Below are positions 1-10,711 of a stretch of 64,000 nucleotides of DNA, one piece after another. Source of the DNA: Candidatus Poribacteria bacterium. GTDB taxonomy: Bacteria; Poribacteria; WGA-4E; WGA-3G. A program made the position numbers and the translations under genes. The stretch is from positions 576,001 to 640,000 of the forward strand of contig CBDANF010000002.1 in assembly GCA_965197475.1 (NCBI GenBank), in the 5' to 3' direction. A model generated the notes under the pieces. It was given only the letters and a program-made list of their open reading frames with translations. It was not told where the DNA came from and ran no database searches. The number at the start of each line of letters is the position of its first letter. Position 1 is the first letter of the stretch.

Positions 1-1675
1 AAGGTTCCGAGTTTTCAGGTGGAGGTAAAACGGTGGCATCCTCAAGATTTGCCTCTTTAAGTTCAAGTGGTGGTTTCGGGTGCCGTTTTTGTGCAAACAT
101 TTGGGTTGCTTCACGTGTCAATCGACAGCTTATCTTCACCTCAAATGTCAGTTTCCGTTCATCACCAGTCACTGTGACCTCTCCTGCCTCAATGTTGTTA
201 AATAGTTTTGAACGACCAAGGACACCCAGCATAGAGTTTATAGCTGGATGTGAACTAGCTTGTAAGCTGAAGGAAATACGCGTTTTATCAAGTTCATCCA
301 AATTGTTGACCTCAAAAGATTTCCATGCAACTTTTGTTCTATCTTTAAAAAGTGTGCTGAGGACATGTAAGATGTCTAATGGAGAAATTTGATGTGTAAA
401 TTTATCCGCTAAAATGAGTTCAAGTGCAAGTTGGTTGTTAGCATCAGTTTGTAGTCTCTCAAAGGTGGCGATCTCTTTTTCTAAAAAGGCAACTTTGGAT
501 TTTTGCGATCTGTTCCATGTGATACCGCAGAGAGCAATTACGAAAAGCACAAAACCTACGACACCGGCCGCGATGAGTTGCTGATGTTTACGGGTAGATT
601 CTGCACGTTTTACCCCGATTTCTGTCGGTAATAGCGAAACAGGCTCTTCAGCATCTAAAAGATATATTCCAACTCCCAGAGGGACAGCGAAAGTGTCTCC
701 GTATGTTTCAAGATCAGAGGTGGTCGCAGTGCTTGTGTCTAAAGCAGCGTCATAGATCGGATTCCAAAGTCTGGTTGGAATTTGGAGTTGTTCCTGACAT
801 GTTTCTGCCAATTCTGGAACGCGGGCACCACCCCCACATAACCATATTTCCGCTATCTCTTCAGTCTCATCACCGTTAGCTTCGCGTTCAGCTGCTCTGA
901 TGGAACGTTCTAATTCTGCAATGAAACGTCTTGTCCATGTACGAGTAGGTACCTGATTTGCAGGAATATGTTGTTTTTCCTGTTCTGCTGTTTCGGCATC
1001 CAGTTGCATTTCTGTCATTAGTGTACGTGTCAACTGGTTCCCGCTGACAGAAAATCCACGAGAAAATTGCAAATTACTTCCTTGCATTATACAGAAACCT
1101 GTATGTACGGCTCCAATATCAACGATGATTGTACGACCTGTGGTATTGGATAGCGCGTTGCGAGCGACTGTCGTAATGGCCAACATGGACGGAACCACTG
1201 CTGAAGGTGTGGCACCTGTCTCCTTAAGTGCCTCCATATAGCGTGTCACAGTATCGCGTCGAGTCGAAACTAATTCGACCGAAAGAGTCTCTATTGTCCT
1301 TTTGACATCATGGTACGTAAAAACGGATTCTTCTGTTTGGAACGGCAGCTCAGTTTCCGCAGCCATTTCCACAATGGCAGGTAACTGTGCCTCTGTTGTC
1401 GCTAGCGGTAGGTTGGATAAACGTTTGGTAACGACGAATCCGCGAGGGATCGCGATCGCAACGTCTATCTTATGTTTATTGAAAAAGGTTCGCTTGATTC
1501 CGAGTTGATTCCACAACTGCCGTACAGCCTCAGATATCTGTTGTGGATTGTCAGGGTCCGTATAAGGGATAATGCCAGCGTTAATCAAACGCAGTACGCC
1601 TGAAATTTTCTCTATATATACTATTTTAGCTGTGGCAGAACCAATATCAATTGCTACAACCTGATTTTTTGCCAT
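1..1675 (-). CDS. PilM-like actin-fold domain fused to a TM + PilN-like domain (GspL equivalent); 3' end outside the window
   Basis: Absent from the ORF track because there is no stop in the window. Manual translation from ATG 1675 gives MAKNQVVAIDIGSATAKIV...IIVDIGA...IWLCGGGARVPEL, then a TM helix (LIAAGVVGFVLFVIALCGITW) and a periplasmic part. It follows gspK. Confidence 0.8.
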   Translation of the reverse strand, partial: MAKNQVVAIDIGSATAKIVYIEKISGVLRLINAGIIPYTDPDNPQQISEAVRQLWNQLGIKRTFFNKHKIDVAIAIPRGFVVTKRLSNLPLATTEAQLPAIVEMAAETELPFQTEESVFTYHDVKRTIETLSVELVSTRRDTVTRYMEALKETGATPSAVVPSMLAITTVARNALSNTTGRTIIVDIGAVHTGFCIMQGSNLQFSRGFSVSGNQLTRTLMTEMQLDAETAEQEKQHIPANQVPTRTWTRRFIAELERSIRAAEREANGDETEEIAEIWLCGGGARVPELAETCQEQLQIPTRLWNPIYDAALDTSTATTSDLETYGDTFAVPLGVGIYLLDAEEPVSLLPTEIGVKRAESTRKHQQLIAAGVVGFVLFVIALCGITWNRSQKSKVAFLEKEIATFERLQTDANNQLALELILADKFTHQISPLDILHVLSTLFKDRTKVAWKSFEVNNLDELDKTRISFSLQASSHPAINSMLGVLGRSKLFNNIEAGEVTVTGDERKLTFEVKISCRLTREATQMFAQKRHPKPPLELKEANLEDATVLPPPENSEP

Positions 1676-1714
1676 TTGTTAAAGCCTCATTTTCCCGTGG
1701 AGGTGTCTCTTTTG

Positions 1715-3343
1715 TTAGTCTTGTCGCCAATATGGAACACTCAGTTGGTTTCCTTCCCTCACAACGATGCCAACGCACATGGCAAGGATTTTTCCAGTTT
1801 CATCAACTCCAGAAGATTCAATACGATATCCGTGTGAGCGGTACGTGACCCAATCTACGACTTCTCTAAATGCCTGATCGTCAATATCTTCAAGATCCAA
1901 AATTTGCCCGATGTCGCTGAATGGGTTGCCTCGTATTTGCTCCTCTGATGCGTTTGCGTCTGGGTCTTCCTCTTCACGACGAGTGATAATTGCTTGTGCT
2001 TTCTGTTGATCCATCCCCGGTAACAGTTGTAATACTTCCACAGGTGCTGTGTTTATGTTTATTAATCCGTTTACAGACTGTCCATCATTTATTGTGATTG
2101 TATCAACAATGCCAGCGAACTCTTGTACTGTCAATATCTTAACATCTTTAATGGCATCAATATTTTGGAAGTCTCCCTGCGAGTCGCGATGTGCTATAAT
2201 CCGATCGGCAATTCCGTTATCAATTCCTTGAAGTTCTTGCAGTTCTCCTGAGTCAGCTGTATTGATATTAGTCAGTGGGTTGCTAAACTCTTGTGAGTTG
2301 TCAAACCCCTGTGAGTTGTCAAACTCTTGATTGCCATTTCTACCTCCACCTTCTTTATTCTCATCTTCGCCATCATCATTTTCATTATTTTGACTACTGG
2401 TATCTTCAACAGTGATTTGTTCACTTATATTATTAAAAACATCATCTGATATAGCTTGGACATCTAACAGCGAAGAAAGTTTGCTAAATTCGCGCTCTTG
2501 GATAATCGCATTTGCCTCACCTTGCGAGAAGACCGACTGATTATTTCCCCCTCGAATTTGTCTTAACTGTTGTTCTTGCGCAGTGTTAATATTGACCCGC
2601 TGCTGCCCGTTAGCATCGGTATTTCTGTCAACCGAATAGACTGTTGTCATGGTAACAAGACCGCCCGAACCTTGCGTTATTTGCGCTAATTGTGGCAATT
2701 GCGCTAATTCTGCTTGTGGTGGAGTCTTTTCAGATCCGCTTGCTGCTGCAGCCTGTTGTTGTATCCCATAAAGGATTTCTTGAGTCACCCCATTAATTCG
2801 GGCGAGGTCACGGACAGTGCGATATGGACGCCCTTCAACAATTCGATTTGCGAGGTCTTCAGATACATTGTTTTCTGGCTGAGCCCCCGCTAACGTGAGT
2901 AAATTACGGATGGTATCTTCCGGTGCGGAATTAATGTTGATTTTTGACGCTTCGTCTGTAATGGTTACCTGATAAGTTAAGAATCTACCTGTTTGGATCC
3001 CGTCTTCAATTTGTTCTTGAATTGGTTCCGCCCAGGTTTCACCGAGCGAATCAAAATTGGTTTCATCGGTTCGCAATGTGGCTAATCCTAACTCAAACCC
3101 TGATTTAGCTGCGTAGTGATACTTTACCCTATCTAAGTAGTTGCGTTTTGCGTTGTTTTCAAGCTGAAATGAGTAGAGCAGCTGCATTGCTAAGACAGAA
3201 AGTATGGTCAGAATCCAAAGCGTTGAGACAAGCGATAACCCGTTCGAATCGCAAAAGCAGAATGTTATCAAAACAGATTTTTTGCTCTGGCGATCAGTAG
3301 AGGTGTTTTCATATCCGAATAGATTGTTGTTATATTCTCTCAT
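1715..3343 (-). CDS. gspK: Type II secretion minor pseudopilin GspK-like, with multiple helix-hairpin-helix (ComEA-like) units
   Basis: N-terminal G|LSLVSTLWILTILSVLA, the GspK-like ITDEASKININSA motif, four IN(I)N(T/S)A-initiated units, and its position after gspJ. Confidence 0.8.
   Translation of the reverse strand: MREYNNNLFGYENTSTDRQSKKSVLITFCFCDSNGLSLVSTLWILTILSVLAMQLLYSFQLENNAKRNYLDRVKYHYAAKSGFELGLATLRTDETNFDSLGETWAEPIQEQIEDGIQTGRFLTYQVTITDEASKININSAPEDTIRNLLTLAGAQPENNVSEDLANRIVEGRPYRTVRDLARINGVTQEILYGIQQQAAAASGSEKTPPQAELAQLPQLAQITQGSGGLVTMTTVYSVDRNTDANGQQRVNINTAQEQQLRQIRGGNNQSVFSQGEANAIIQEREFSKLSSLLDVQAISDDVFNNISEQITVEDTSSQNNENDDGEDENKEGGGRNGNQEFDNSQGFDNSQEFSNPLTNINTADSGELQELQGIDNGIADRIIAHRDSQGDFQNIDAIKDVKILTVQEFAGIVDTITINDGQSVNGLININTAPVEVLQLLPGMDQQKAQAIITRREEEDPDANASEEQIRGNPFSDIGQILDLEDIDDQAFREVVDWVTYRSHGYRIESSGVDETGKILAMCVGIVVREGNQLSVPYWRQD
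2285..2329. repeat. 18-bp tandem repeat (~2.5 copies) in gspK encoding QEFDNS/QGFDNS
   Basis: aaactcttgtgagttgtc aaacccctgtgagttgtc aaactcttg is read directly. Confidence 0.85.
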
Positions 3344-3428
3344 CGGTTATCCCTACATTTTCTTTCTACAAGCGAAATGTGTTGGTAGCAGAAATGACCA
3401 CAATATCCTTATTGAAGTCTACCGTTTT

Positions 3429-4328
3429 TTACTGTTCAGCAGCGTTTGCACTTGCAGGCAGATATACCATAGTTGACTGTGTTAGGGTGCCTTGCGCTAT
3501 AACGCCTGGGTTCTGTGCAGAAGGTTGCATTGATGTCGTTTTTTGTCTGTTTTCATCTATCACAGTAATCAGTATTTGAACAGCGAGTGGAATTGCATCT
3601 GGCTGATCCCAAGATTCAAGAATCGATTCTGATTCTTGATCAAAATATTTCAGATCAAAGTTAGCGATTCCATCAATTAGCGCATTTACTTTAAAGTCAA
3701 TCTCCATACCACTTTCATCTACTGTCGGAATCGTTCCAGAATCCATAAATGCACTAATAACCAATTCTGGATCCAGTGCCGTAGTGACAACGCGATAGAG
3801 TGTGAGGTCTTCTTCTTGAACGGATATGTTGTTTTTTCCCGACTGTTGCGATTCGGTATAAGGTGGTGGTACAACAGTTTCGCTCCGCAATTCTTCTATT
3901 GGAATTTTCGGCCCGACATAATAGGCGACGCGACGTACATCGCTCAAAGGCGGTGTCGTTGATACGTTGGTTCCTTTCAACTGCAGCGAAAACAGATCAG
4001 GATCAGTGTTTACCAATGTTACAAAACTGAGGATATCCCTATCGCCTGCCGCGGTGGGAAGATCTTCGGAATAGAGAGATAGCATTTCGTCAGATGTATC
4101 TGCTTGTATCTGACTCAAATCTGTGACTAATTGGTCCATAGCAACGCGGCAGCGTTGTGATTGAATTAATTTGGATTGTGTCTGGTGATATGCTTTTATT
4201 GCGGTGTTAAAGACCGCGTAAGTAGAACCGCCCATAATTATGATAATACTGACAGCGGTTAGCATTTCAACGAGCGTAAGACCGCTTTCACACTGCTCCA
4301 TTGGATTTCTCATAATTCCGTGTCCCAC
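3429..4328 (-). CDS. gspJ: Pseudopilin GspJ-like
   Basis: Prepilin motif SG|LTLVEML; gene order in the operon. Confidence 0.75.
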   Translation of the reverse strand: MGHGIMRNPMEQCESGLTLVEMLTAVSIIIIMGGSTYAVFNTAIKAYHQTQSKLIQSQRCRVAMDQLVTDLSQIQADTSDEMLSLYSEDLPTAAGDRDILSFVTLVNTDPDLFSLQLKGTNVSTTPPLSDVRRVAYYVGPKIPIEELRSETVVPPPYTESQQSGKNNISVQEEDLTLYRVVTTALDPELVISAFMDSGTIPTVDESGMEIDFKVNALIDGIANFDLKYFDQESESILESWDQPDAIPLAVQILITVIDENRQKTTSMQPSAQNPGVIAQGTLTQSTMVYLPASANAAEQ

Positions 4329-4426
4329 ATCAACCGTTTTCTAATACAGCGAATGTTTACTTTTTTATAATCTGATGTTTCTTATGGTGAATAAACGGTA
4401 AGACTACCAATTTACTGGTTTGGTGC

Positions 4427-4822
4427 TTATTGGATTTCTCTGTCAGCCATATAGGTGTACATACTGATCGATTGTAACCTGCCTAAATGCTCCCAAGAGA
4501 CAGTTAACTCAATCCTTCGCAGTCCATCAATTTCATCAGATTTCACGTCGGCTACCACAGATTCCCACTGAAAGATAGAATTTTCCCCAAATTCACCACT
4601 ATTTGGCCCAACTTCTGGGTAACCTTCAAGTTCAATTTGCGCCATCTGAAATTTGAGTAGATAGAGTGCTGTCATCCGGTTATCTGAAAGACTCATATTG
4701 CGGGAGGTATCACTAAACACCTTCAAAAGTGCTGGTAGGACAGCAGCCATAATTGCTATAGTTACAAGGATTTCGGCAAAAGTGAAACCTTCTTCACGAT
4801 GGAAAATTGATCGTTTTATCAT
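4427..4822 (-). CDS. gspI: Pseudopilin GspI-like
   Basis: EG|FTFAEIL prepilin motif; 131 aa; gene order. Confidence 0.75.
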   Translation of the reverse strand: MIKRSIFHREEGFTFAEILVTIAIMAAVLPALLKVFSDTSRNMSLSDNRMTALYLLKFQMAQIELEGYPEVGPNSGEFGENSIFQWESVVADVKSDEIDGLRRIELTVSWEHLGRLQSISMYTYMADREIQ

Positions 4823-4843
4823 TTTACTATTTTTTCCCCAAAC

Positions 4844-5476
4844 TCAACGTTTATTTCCAAAACCTAACGTTTGCATCCGTTCAGATGACATATCTTCAAT
4901 GTTGGCTCGTCCGGTAGGTCCCTCAACAGTGATTGCGATAGTACTTTCTCTAAGGTTTTGGAGCAACACGACGGTATCTTCTGATGTTGAAGTCGGGGAG
5001 AAATAAACGTAATCCACGCCAGAAGTGATTTGTTGGGTTGCACCGTTGTGTGCTGTAATTAAAGCTGCTATCGTAATACCTTGGCTAAGCGGCTGCGGGA
5101 TTCCCATAATTCCGCTTGTTCGAGATACCGTGACTTGTCCGCCTGAAGTTGTGGCGTTAGCGGCTCTCCCTGCTGAAGCGACAGGATTTTGGACATCAAA
5201 AGTTTCACTGGAAGCCAGCCAATATCTATTGCTATCAACATCAAAGACTACAAGGTGCGTCGTTCGCTCAGTGATTGCCATATCTCGAGCAAATGCAAGG
5301 GTGTCAGCAATCGCCTGTGCGGACGTTTTTAACCGCCGCGATGCGGCAAAACCTCGCATCGCAGGCATAGATATTGATGATAAAACGGCAATGATAGTGA
5401 ATACCAGCATAATTTCCATCAGACTAAAACCATCTTCGGTGCCTGAGGTAATTCGGTTTCGGAAATTTTTCAACAT
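4844..5476 (-). CDS. gspH: Pseudopilin GspH/FimT-like
   Basis: DG|FSLMEIM motif. The start at ATG 5476 (MLKNF) avoids overlap with gspG. Confidence 0.75.
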   Translation of the reverse strand: MLKNFRNRITSGTEDGFSLMEIMLVFTIIAVLSSISMPAMRGFAASRRLKTSAQAIADTLAFARDMAITERTTHLVVFDVDSNRYWLASSETFDVQNPVASAGRAANATTSGGQVTVSRTSGIMGIPQPLSQGITIAALITAHNGATQQITSGVDYVYFSPTSTSEDTVVLLQNLRESTIAITVEGPTGRANIEDMSSERMQTLGFGNKR

Positions 5477-5507
5477 GCTGGGTTCCCTACCGCTAAAGAA
5501 TAAAAGT

Positions 5508-5963
5508 TTACTTGGTTGCAGTTGTTTCTTCAATCCAGTTGGTGATGTCTTTGTCAAGATCAACACCTCCCAGTTTGCCATCTTTGCCATAAGACATCAG
5601 GTCATAATCGTATCCATAATGAGTGCCCGGGTTACGATAGACGTAGGCATTACCCCACGGGTCGTTCGTAAGCTGTTGCTGAAGATAAGGACCACCCCAA
5701 TTGGGCGGTGCTGGACTCGGGGCACGCCACAAAGCTTCTAACCCCTGTTCAGTGGTAGGATACTCGCCAACTTCAGTTGCATAAAGTTGCAATGATGTTT
5801 CTAGGTTGCTAATTTCTATTTGCGCTTTTGAAACTTTTGCCTTTTGTGGAGCATTTACGATCCTCGGTGCAATGAACGCCGCTAAAATGCCCAAGATAAC
5901 GATAACAATCGTCAATTCGATCAGGGTTAAACCCGATTCGTCTGTTCTAAATTGTTTAAACAT
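5508..5963 (-). CDS. gspG: Major pseudopilin GspG
   Basis: G|LTLIEL, YPTTEQGLEAL, WGGPYL, DPWGNAYVY and SYGKDG motifs. Confidence 0.95.
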   Translation of the reverse strand: MFKQFRTDESGLTLIELTIVIVILGILAAFIAPRIVNAPQKAKVSKAQIEISNLETSLQLYATEVGEYPTTEQGLEALWRAPSPAPPNWGGPYLQQQLTNDPWGNAYVYRNPGTHYGYDYDLMSYGKDGKLGGVDLDKDITNWIEETTATK

Positions 5964-6106
5964 TTAGTTTCACTCCTTACTATAGTGTGCAGAACTTCGT
6001 GTTCTGGTGTTTTTTCCAATGTAAACGAAACTTGTGTCTATTTATTTAGACAAATATCTCTTGTGATAGTTTAGAAAAAATTGACTCTAAGAATGTGCGT
6101 TTGACA

Positions 6107-7336
6107 TTAACCACTTAATGCTTGTTGTGCTTCAAAAATAGGTAGAATCATCGCTACAGCGATAAATCCGATAAGTAGACCCATAATTAAAATTACTAAG
6201 GGGCTAATAGAACTCGTCAACCTTTCCAGGCTCTTCTTGATTTCCATGTCGTAGTATTCAGACAACTTTGTCAGCATCGTGACGGGTTCACCAGATTCCT
6301 CACCTACAGCGATCATGTGGGTTACGAGGGAAGGAAAGTCCTTGCTTTTTTCTAATTCATGTGAGAGTGTAGACCCTTGTTCTACCTCTTTTTCTGCTTC
6401 AGAGATAATATTACTGTAAACCTTATTTCCAATAGTATCTTTAACAACTTTCAAGGCAGGGAGCATGCGTACTCCGTTTTCTAAAAGAGTCGCCATGGTA
6501 CGTGTAAACCGAACGATAGCAAATGTGCTAAAGACGGGTCCGATGAGTGGGATTTTAAGCTTAATGCGATCAAGCCATACCTTTCCCGCTTCCGTACGAA
6601 AGTATTGTCGGAGAAATGTTGCAATAACGCTAATCACGAGCAATCCTAACCACCAAAAGTTTGCAAAAGCATCCGAAACTGAAATCAGGATTTGAGTCGG
6701 AAGCGGTAGATCACGACCGAACTCAAGGAACATCGCTGTGAATTTAGGGATAACGAGTACCATTAGAACTATGATCGCTGTTACCATCAATCCAAAGAGA
6801 ATTGCAGGATAGAAGAGTGCTGAAACAACTTGGTTTCTGAGGATACGTTGTCTCTCAGCGAACTCTGCAAGTCGTTCCAAAACTTCTCCTAATACACCGC
6901 CCGCTTCGCCTGCTTTGACCATGTTGACGTAGAGTTCGGAAAAGATTTTTGGATGTTGGTTCAACGCATCGTTAAACGTTGCGCCGTGTTCAACATCGTA
7001 TTTTATCTGCGAAATAATACGGTGTAATTCCGGATTCGTAATCTGTTTTAATGCTACCTCTAAGGCACGTGGTAGTGCAACGTGAGCACCTACTAACGCT
7101 GCGAGCTCATAGGTAAAAAATTCGACTTCAGTAGATTTAACTTTACGCGTTCCGAAACTAAACAATCGTTTCGCTTTGGTTTCAAGGACTTCACCCTCCT
7201 CCACAATTTGTGTCGGCCAGTATCCCATCTGTCGCAATTGCGCAATAAGCTCACCTTTAGAGTCTGCTTCTAAAGTGTTGCTGACTGTAGCACCCGTATA
7301 GGTGATAGCTTCATATTGAAATCTTGGCATGGTCAA
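6107..7336 (-). CDS. gspF: Type II secretion inner-membrane platform protein GspF
   Basis: NMVKAGEAGG and MIAVGEESG motifs; three TM helices. Confidence 0.93.
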   Translation of the reverse strand: MTMPRFQYEAITYTGATVSNTLEADSKGELIAQLRQMGYWPTQIVEEGEVLETKAKRLFSFGTRKVKSTEVEFFTYELAALVGAHVALPRALEVALKQITNPELHRIISQIKYDVEHGATFNDALNQHPKIFSELYVNMVKAGEAGGVLGEVLERLAEFAERQRILRNQVVSALFYPAILFGLMVTAIIVLMVLVIPKFTAMFLEFGRDLPLPTQILISVSDAFANFWWLGLLVISVIATFLRQYFRTEAGKVWLDRIKLKIPLIGPVFSTFAIVRFTRTMATLLENGVRMLPALKVVKDTIGNKVYSNIISEAEKEVEQGSTLSHELEKSKDFPSLVTHMIAVGEESGEPVTMLTKLSEYYDMEIKKSLERLTSSISPLVILIMGLLIGFIAVAMILPIFEAQQALSG

Positions 7337-7436
7337 TCTCTCATATTAATAGCGTAATGTATTCAGTTAATTACCTAAGCTGTGTGTAATAGTGTTATTC
7401 CTCAGTTTGAAACATGAAACCTTGTTTAGAATTACC

Positions 7437-9308
7437 TTAATCACCCGCCTCAAGATCTTTAGCAAAATCGAGAGCATCTTCTTGGGTGAGCCGCAGCACT
7501 TCATAAATAGTTGTTAATCCTTCAGTAACCTTTTTCCATCCATCTTCACGTAAACTTTTCATACCCAATTTCACTGCAAGCTTGCGTAGTTCACTGGTTG
7601 AGGCATGTTGAAGTGTCAGCGTCCGTAGTTCTTCATTCATAAAAATAACTTCAAACATTCCGATTCTTCCTCTGTAACCTTTACGACATTCTTTACACCC
7701 ATCATCGTTTGCGCGTGGAATTTCAAGATTTGCTTCCACATGGACACCGTTGTTTCCAAAGATTCCGGCAATTTCCTCTGCACTTGGCTGATACATTTCG
7801 CAGCAAGCTTTGCAGACACGTCGTGCTAATCGCTGTGCTATAATTCCTTCTACCGTAGAGGCAACCAAATACGGTTCAACCTTCATATCAATGAGGCGTG
7901 TGATAGCACCCGGCGCATCATTTGTGTGTAGTGTGCTGAAAACAATGTGTCCTGTAAGTGAAGTATGAATAGCCATTTCGGCTGTTTCGTAATCACGAAT
8001 CTCACCGACCAGTACCTTATCAGGGTCTTGCCGTAAAATATGTCTTAATCCGTCTGCAAATGTGAAATCAATATCAGGGTTAACTTGAATTTGGTTTATC
8101 CCTTCTAATTCATATTCAACTGGGTCTTCAAGCGTAATGATTTTAACTTCAGGCGTGTTGATCTCTTTCAAACAAGCATAAAGTGATGTGGTTTTACCGC
8201 TTCCAGTGGGACCTGTTGCCAGGATAATACCGTGCGGTTTGTAAATCATTCGCTGGAAGAGTTCATAATTATCATCGGTTAACCCGAGCTCCGCTAATCC
8301 GAATTCAATGGATTGGCGGTCAAGAATACGTAGCACAACACTTTCACTATGTTGGGTCGCCACGGTAGGGACTGTAGAAACACGAAGGTCGATCTGACGG
8401 TTGCCGAGACTACTAATTTCTTTATTAATTTTTCCATCTTGTGGACGGCGCCGCTCTGCTACGTCCATCTCAGCCATAATTTTGACACGAGAGATGATAG
8501 CTGATTGGAGATATGCAGGCGGTTGCTGCTGGTCCTCCAATACACCATCAATCCGATATCTAATTTTCAGTTCGGTGGGGTAAGGTTCAATGTGAATATC
8601 ACTTGCCCCTACCCGCACAGCATCAATGATCATCTGGTCAACTGCCTGAACAACTGTTGGGTCTTCACTGAGATCCTTTTCGTCAATACCAAAGTCTTCA
8701 ATCCGTTCACGTTCGATTGTTGCAGCCGCGCCAACTGGCCCCTTGATTCCCGCACTCAGGATAGAAGCAGCATCCTTACCGTAGGATCTGACAATTGTAT
8801 CCGATATTTCGTCTTCATCGGAAAGAAAAGGGTTAATCTCACAACCGGTGACATATTGGATTTCATCAATTAGCATTACATCTTGAACATCTGCAATTGC
8901 GACAGTGAGAACCTTATCTTCAAGATTCACGGGCACAATCTTTCTGCGATAGGCAAAACTTGCCGGCACCTTCTCAAGTGCTTCCTTTTCAGGGTCTACT
9001 TCTTCTAATTGTAGAATAGGTGTCCCGGATACGCGCCCTTTTTTGGCAAGTTCAAGAACTTTGGGGGACACATATTCGGAAATAATTGATTCTTCAGATT
9101 CGCCTGCCTTTTCAATTTCATCCAGAATTTGTCGATAACTTTGTGATTCGGACTCGGAAGCTCCGCCTGTCGTGTCCTCAGGTTGGATAGGTTTATTTGC
9201 CCAACTTTCAAGTATTTTCACATGAATTTCCTGATATTCTTGTTCTGAAATCAGGTCCGCTTCTCGTAGTACTTCAACGAGCGATTTTTTTCTGGGTGCA
9301 CCGTACAT
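7437..9308 (-). CDS. gspE: Type II secretion ATPase GspE/PilB
   Basis: ASDIHIEP, Walker A GPTGSGKT, TLEDPVE, LRQDPD, STLHTN and a Cys zinc motif. Start taken at ATG 9308 behind AAGGAA. Confidence 0.95.
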   Translation of the reverse strand: MYGAPRKKSLVEVLREADLISEQEYQEIHVKILESWANKPIQPEDTTGGASESESQSYRQILDEIEKAGESEESIISEYVSPKVLELAKKGRVSGTPILQLEEVDPEKEALEKVPASFAYRRKIVPVNLEDKVLTVAIADVQDVMLIDEIQYVTGCEINPFLSDEDEISDTIVRSYGKDAASILSAGIKGPVGAAATIERERIEDFGIDEKDLSEDPTVVQAVDQMIIDAVRVGASDIHIEPYPTELKIRYRIDGVLEDQQQPPAYLQSAIISRVKIMAEMDVAERRRPQDGKINKEISSLGNRQIDLRVSTVPTVATQHSESVVLRILDRQSIEFGLAELGLTDDNYELFQRMIYKPHGIILATGPTGSGKTTSLYACLKEINTPEVKIITLEDPVEYELEGINQIQVNPDIDFTFADGLRHILRQDPDKVLVGEIRDYETAEMAIHTSLTGHIVFSTLHTNDAPGAITRLIDMKVEPYLVASTVEGIIAQRLARRVCKACCEMYQPSAEEIAGIFGNNGVHVEANLEIPRANDDGCKECRKGYRGRIGMFEVIFMNEELRTLTLQHASTSELRKLAVKLGMKSLREDGWKKVTEGLTTIYEVLRLTQEDALDFAKDLEAGD

Positions 9309-9800
9309 AGTATAATAGTTCCTTATCAATTTTCAGATAACTAGCAATTTTTGACGCAGTATAACTTAATTTGGTTTAAATCAACTGCTCAAAACACTTT
9401 TATGGTTGTCCGTTTAACCAATGTATCTAATCTTTATCACCTACGGTGTGGTTTGCACAAAGAAATATAGTATCCGCAGGGTTTAATACCTTGATGGGAA
9501 TAGTTGAACTTTCTAAATCACAGTGTCTTGAAAGGGAAAATTATGATCGGTTTCACTTTTCTTATGTGTAACTGCCTCTTTAAGACGAAGCATATTGGTA
9601 AAAGTTTAATATACCTACCGAAACGTTTTCACCGCGTAGAATTAAATTTATCGCCTTATCCTATTTTCAATCCACAAACGCAAGAAAATTAACGTGCATT
9701 TCTTTCGAAATTGTAGCCATTTACCCAAAAATGCGTATCATATACTGATCAACGGTTTCGTAATTATTTCGTTTTACTATAAACCGTCGTATTATTCTAT

Positions 9801-10711
9801 TATAGTAGATCCTGAAAATAAGTTTACATTTTCTGTGATTTATGTTAGCCTTTATGATTATGGCATATTCAACAGATGGACGCAAACGCGTGCTTGATTT
9901 CATCAATAATGGTGGCAGTAAAGCCGCCGCAGAACGCACCTTCGGTGTCTCAAGAAGGACGATCTATAACTGGTTAGAAGCAGAAGACCCCTTTGCCTAT
10001 GAGAAGCCGGATACCAAAGGGCCCCGACACATTGATTATGATGCGCTTCAACAACATGTTGCCGATTTTCCCGATAGCACACTCGCCGAACGTGCCAAAC
10101 ACTTCGGTGTTTCAACAAACGGCATCTTTTATGCCTTGGCAAAACTCAATATCACGCGAAAAAAAAGACCACGACCTACAAAGAACAGTGTCCGGTAAAA
10201 CGCCAAGAGTATCTCTCGGCACTTCAACAAGAGACACACGAGCATGGCAAAAAACCGGTTTATCTTGACGAAAGTGGTTTCACCGAAACCGATTTCCGTC
10301 GGTATGCTTATGCCCGAAAGGTGTCCGTGTTGAAGATAAAGTGCCAAGTCATCGGTATACCACCACAACCTTGATTGCGGCACGTCTTGATGGATGTTTC
10401 ACAGTGCCTGTGCTTTTCGAAGGTAGTTGCGATGCGGTTGCCTTCAACGCATGGCTTTCGGAGATGTTATGTCCTTTGCTTGACGACAGCCACGTTGTGA
10501 TTATGGATAATGCCTCTTTCCACAAAGGTTCACAAACAGAAGCATTGATCCGGGAATGCGGTGCAAGTTTGTTGTTTTTACCGCCGTATTCACCGGAGTT
10601 GAATCCGATTGAGAAGGATTTCGCTAACATCAAGCGGATACGTCAATACAACGCTGAGACCTCTATTGATGATATTATAAAAGTGTATAAGTAATTACAG
10701 GTTTTACTATA
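9801..10711 (+). mobile_element. IS630-family insertion sequence
   Basis: Imperfect ~28-bp inverted ends tatagtagatcctgaaaataagtttaca / tgtataagtaattacaggttttactata with TA at both ends. HTH orfA, then YLDESG, MDNASFH and LPPYSPELNPIE motifs. Confidence 0.92.
9860..10694 (+). pseudogene. IS630 transposase spread over three reading frames (two -1 shifts)
   Basis: orfA runs from ATG 9860 to the A8 run (10159-10166). The -1 frame then gives KKTTTY...YLDESG...AYARK. A second -1 shift near 10315-10320 is needed to reach the frame holding the rest of the DDE domain. Confidence 0.75.

Noticed and set aside
33-1508. Plus-strand ORFs 33-392 and 1302-1508
   Set aside because: They are antisense shadows of the minus-strand PilM/PilN-like gene.
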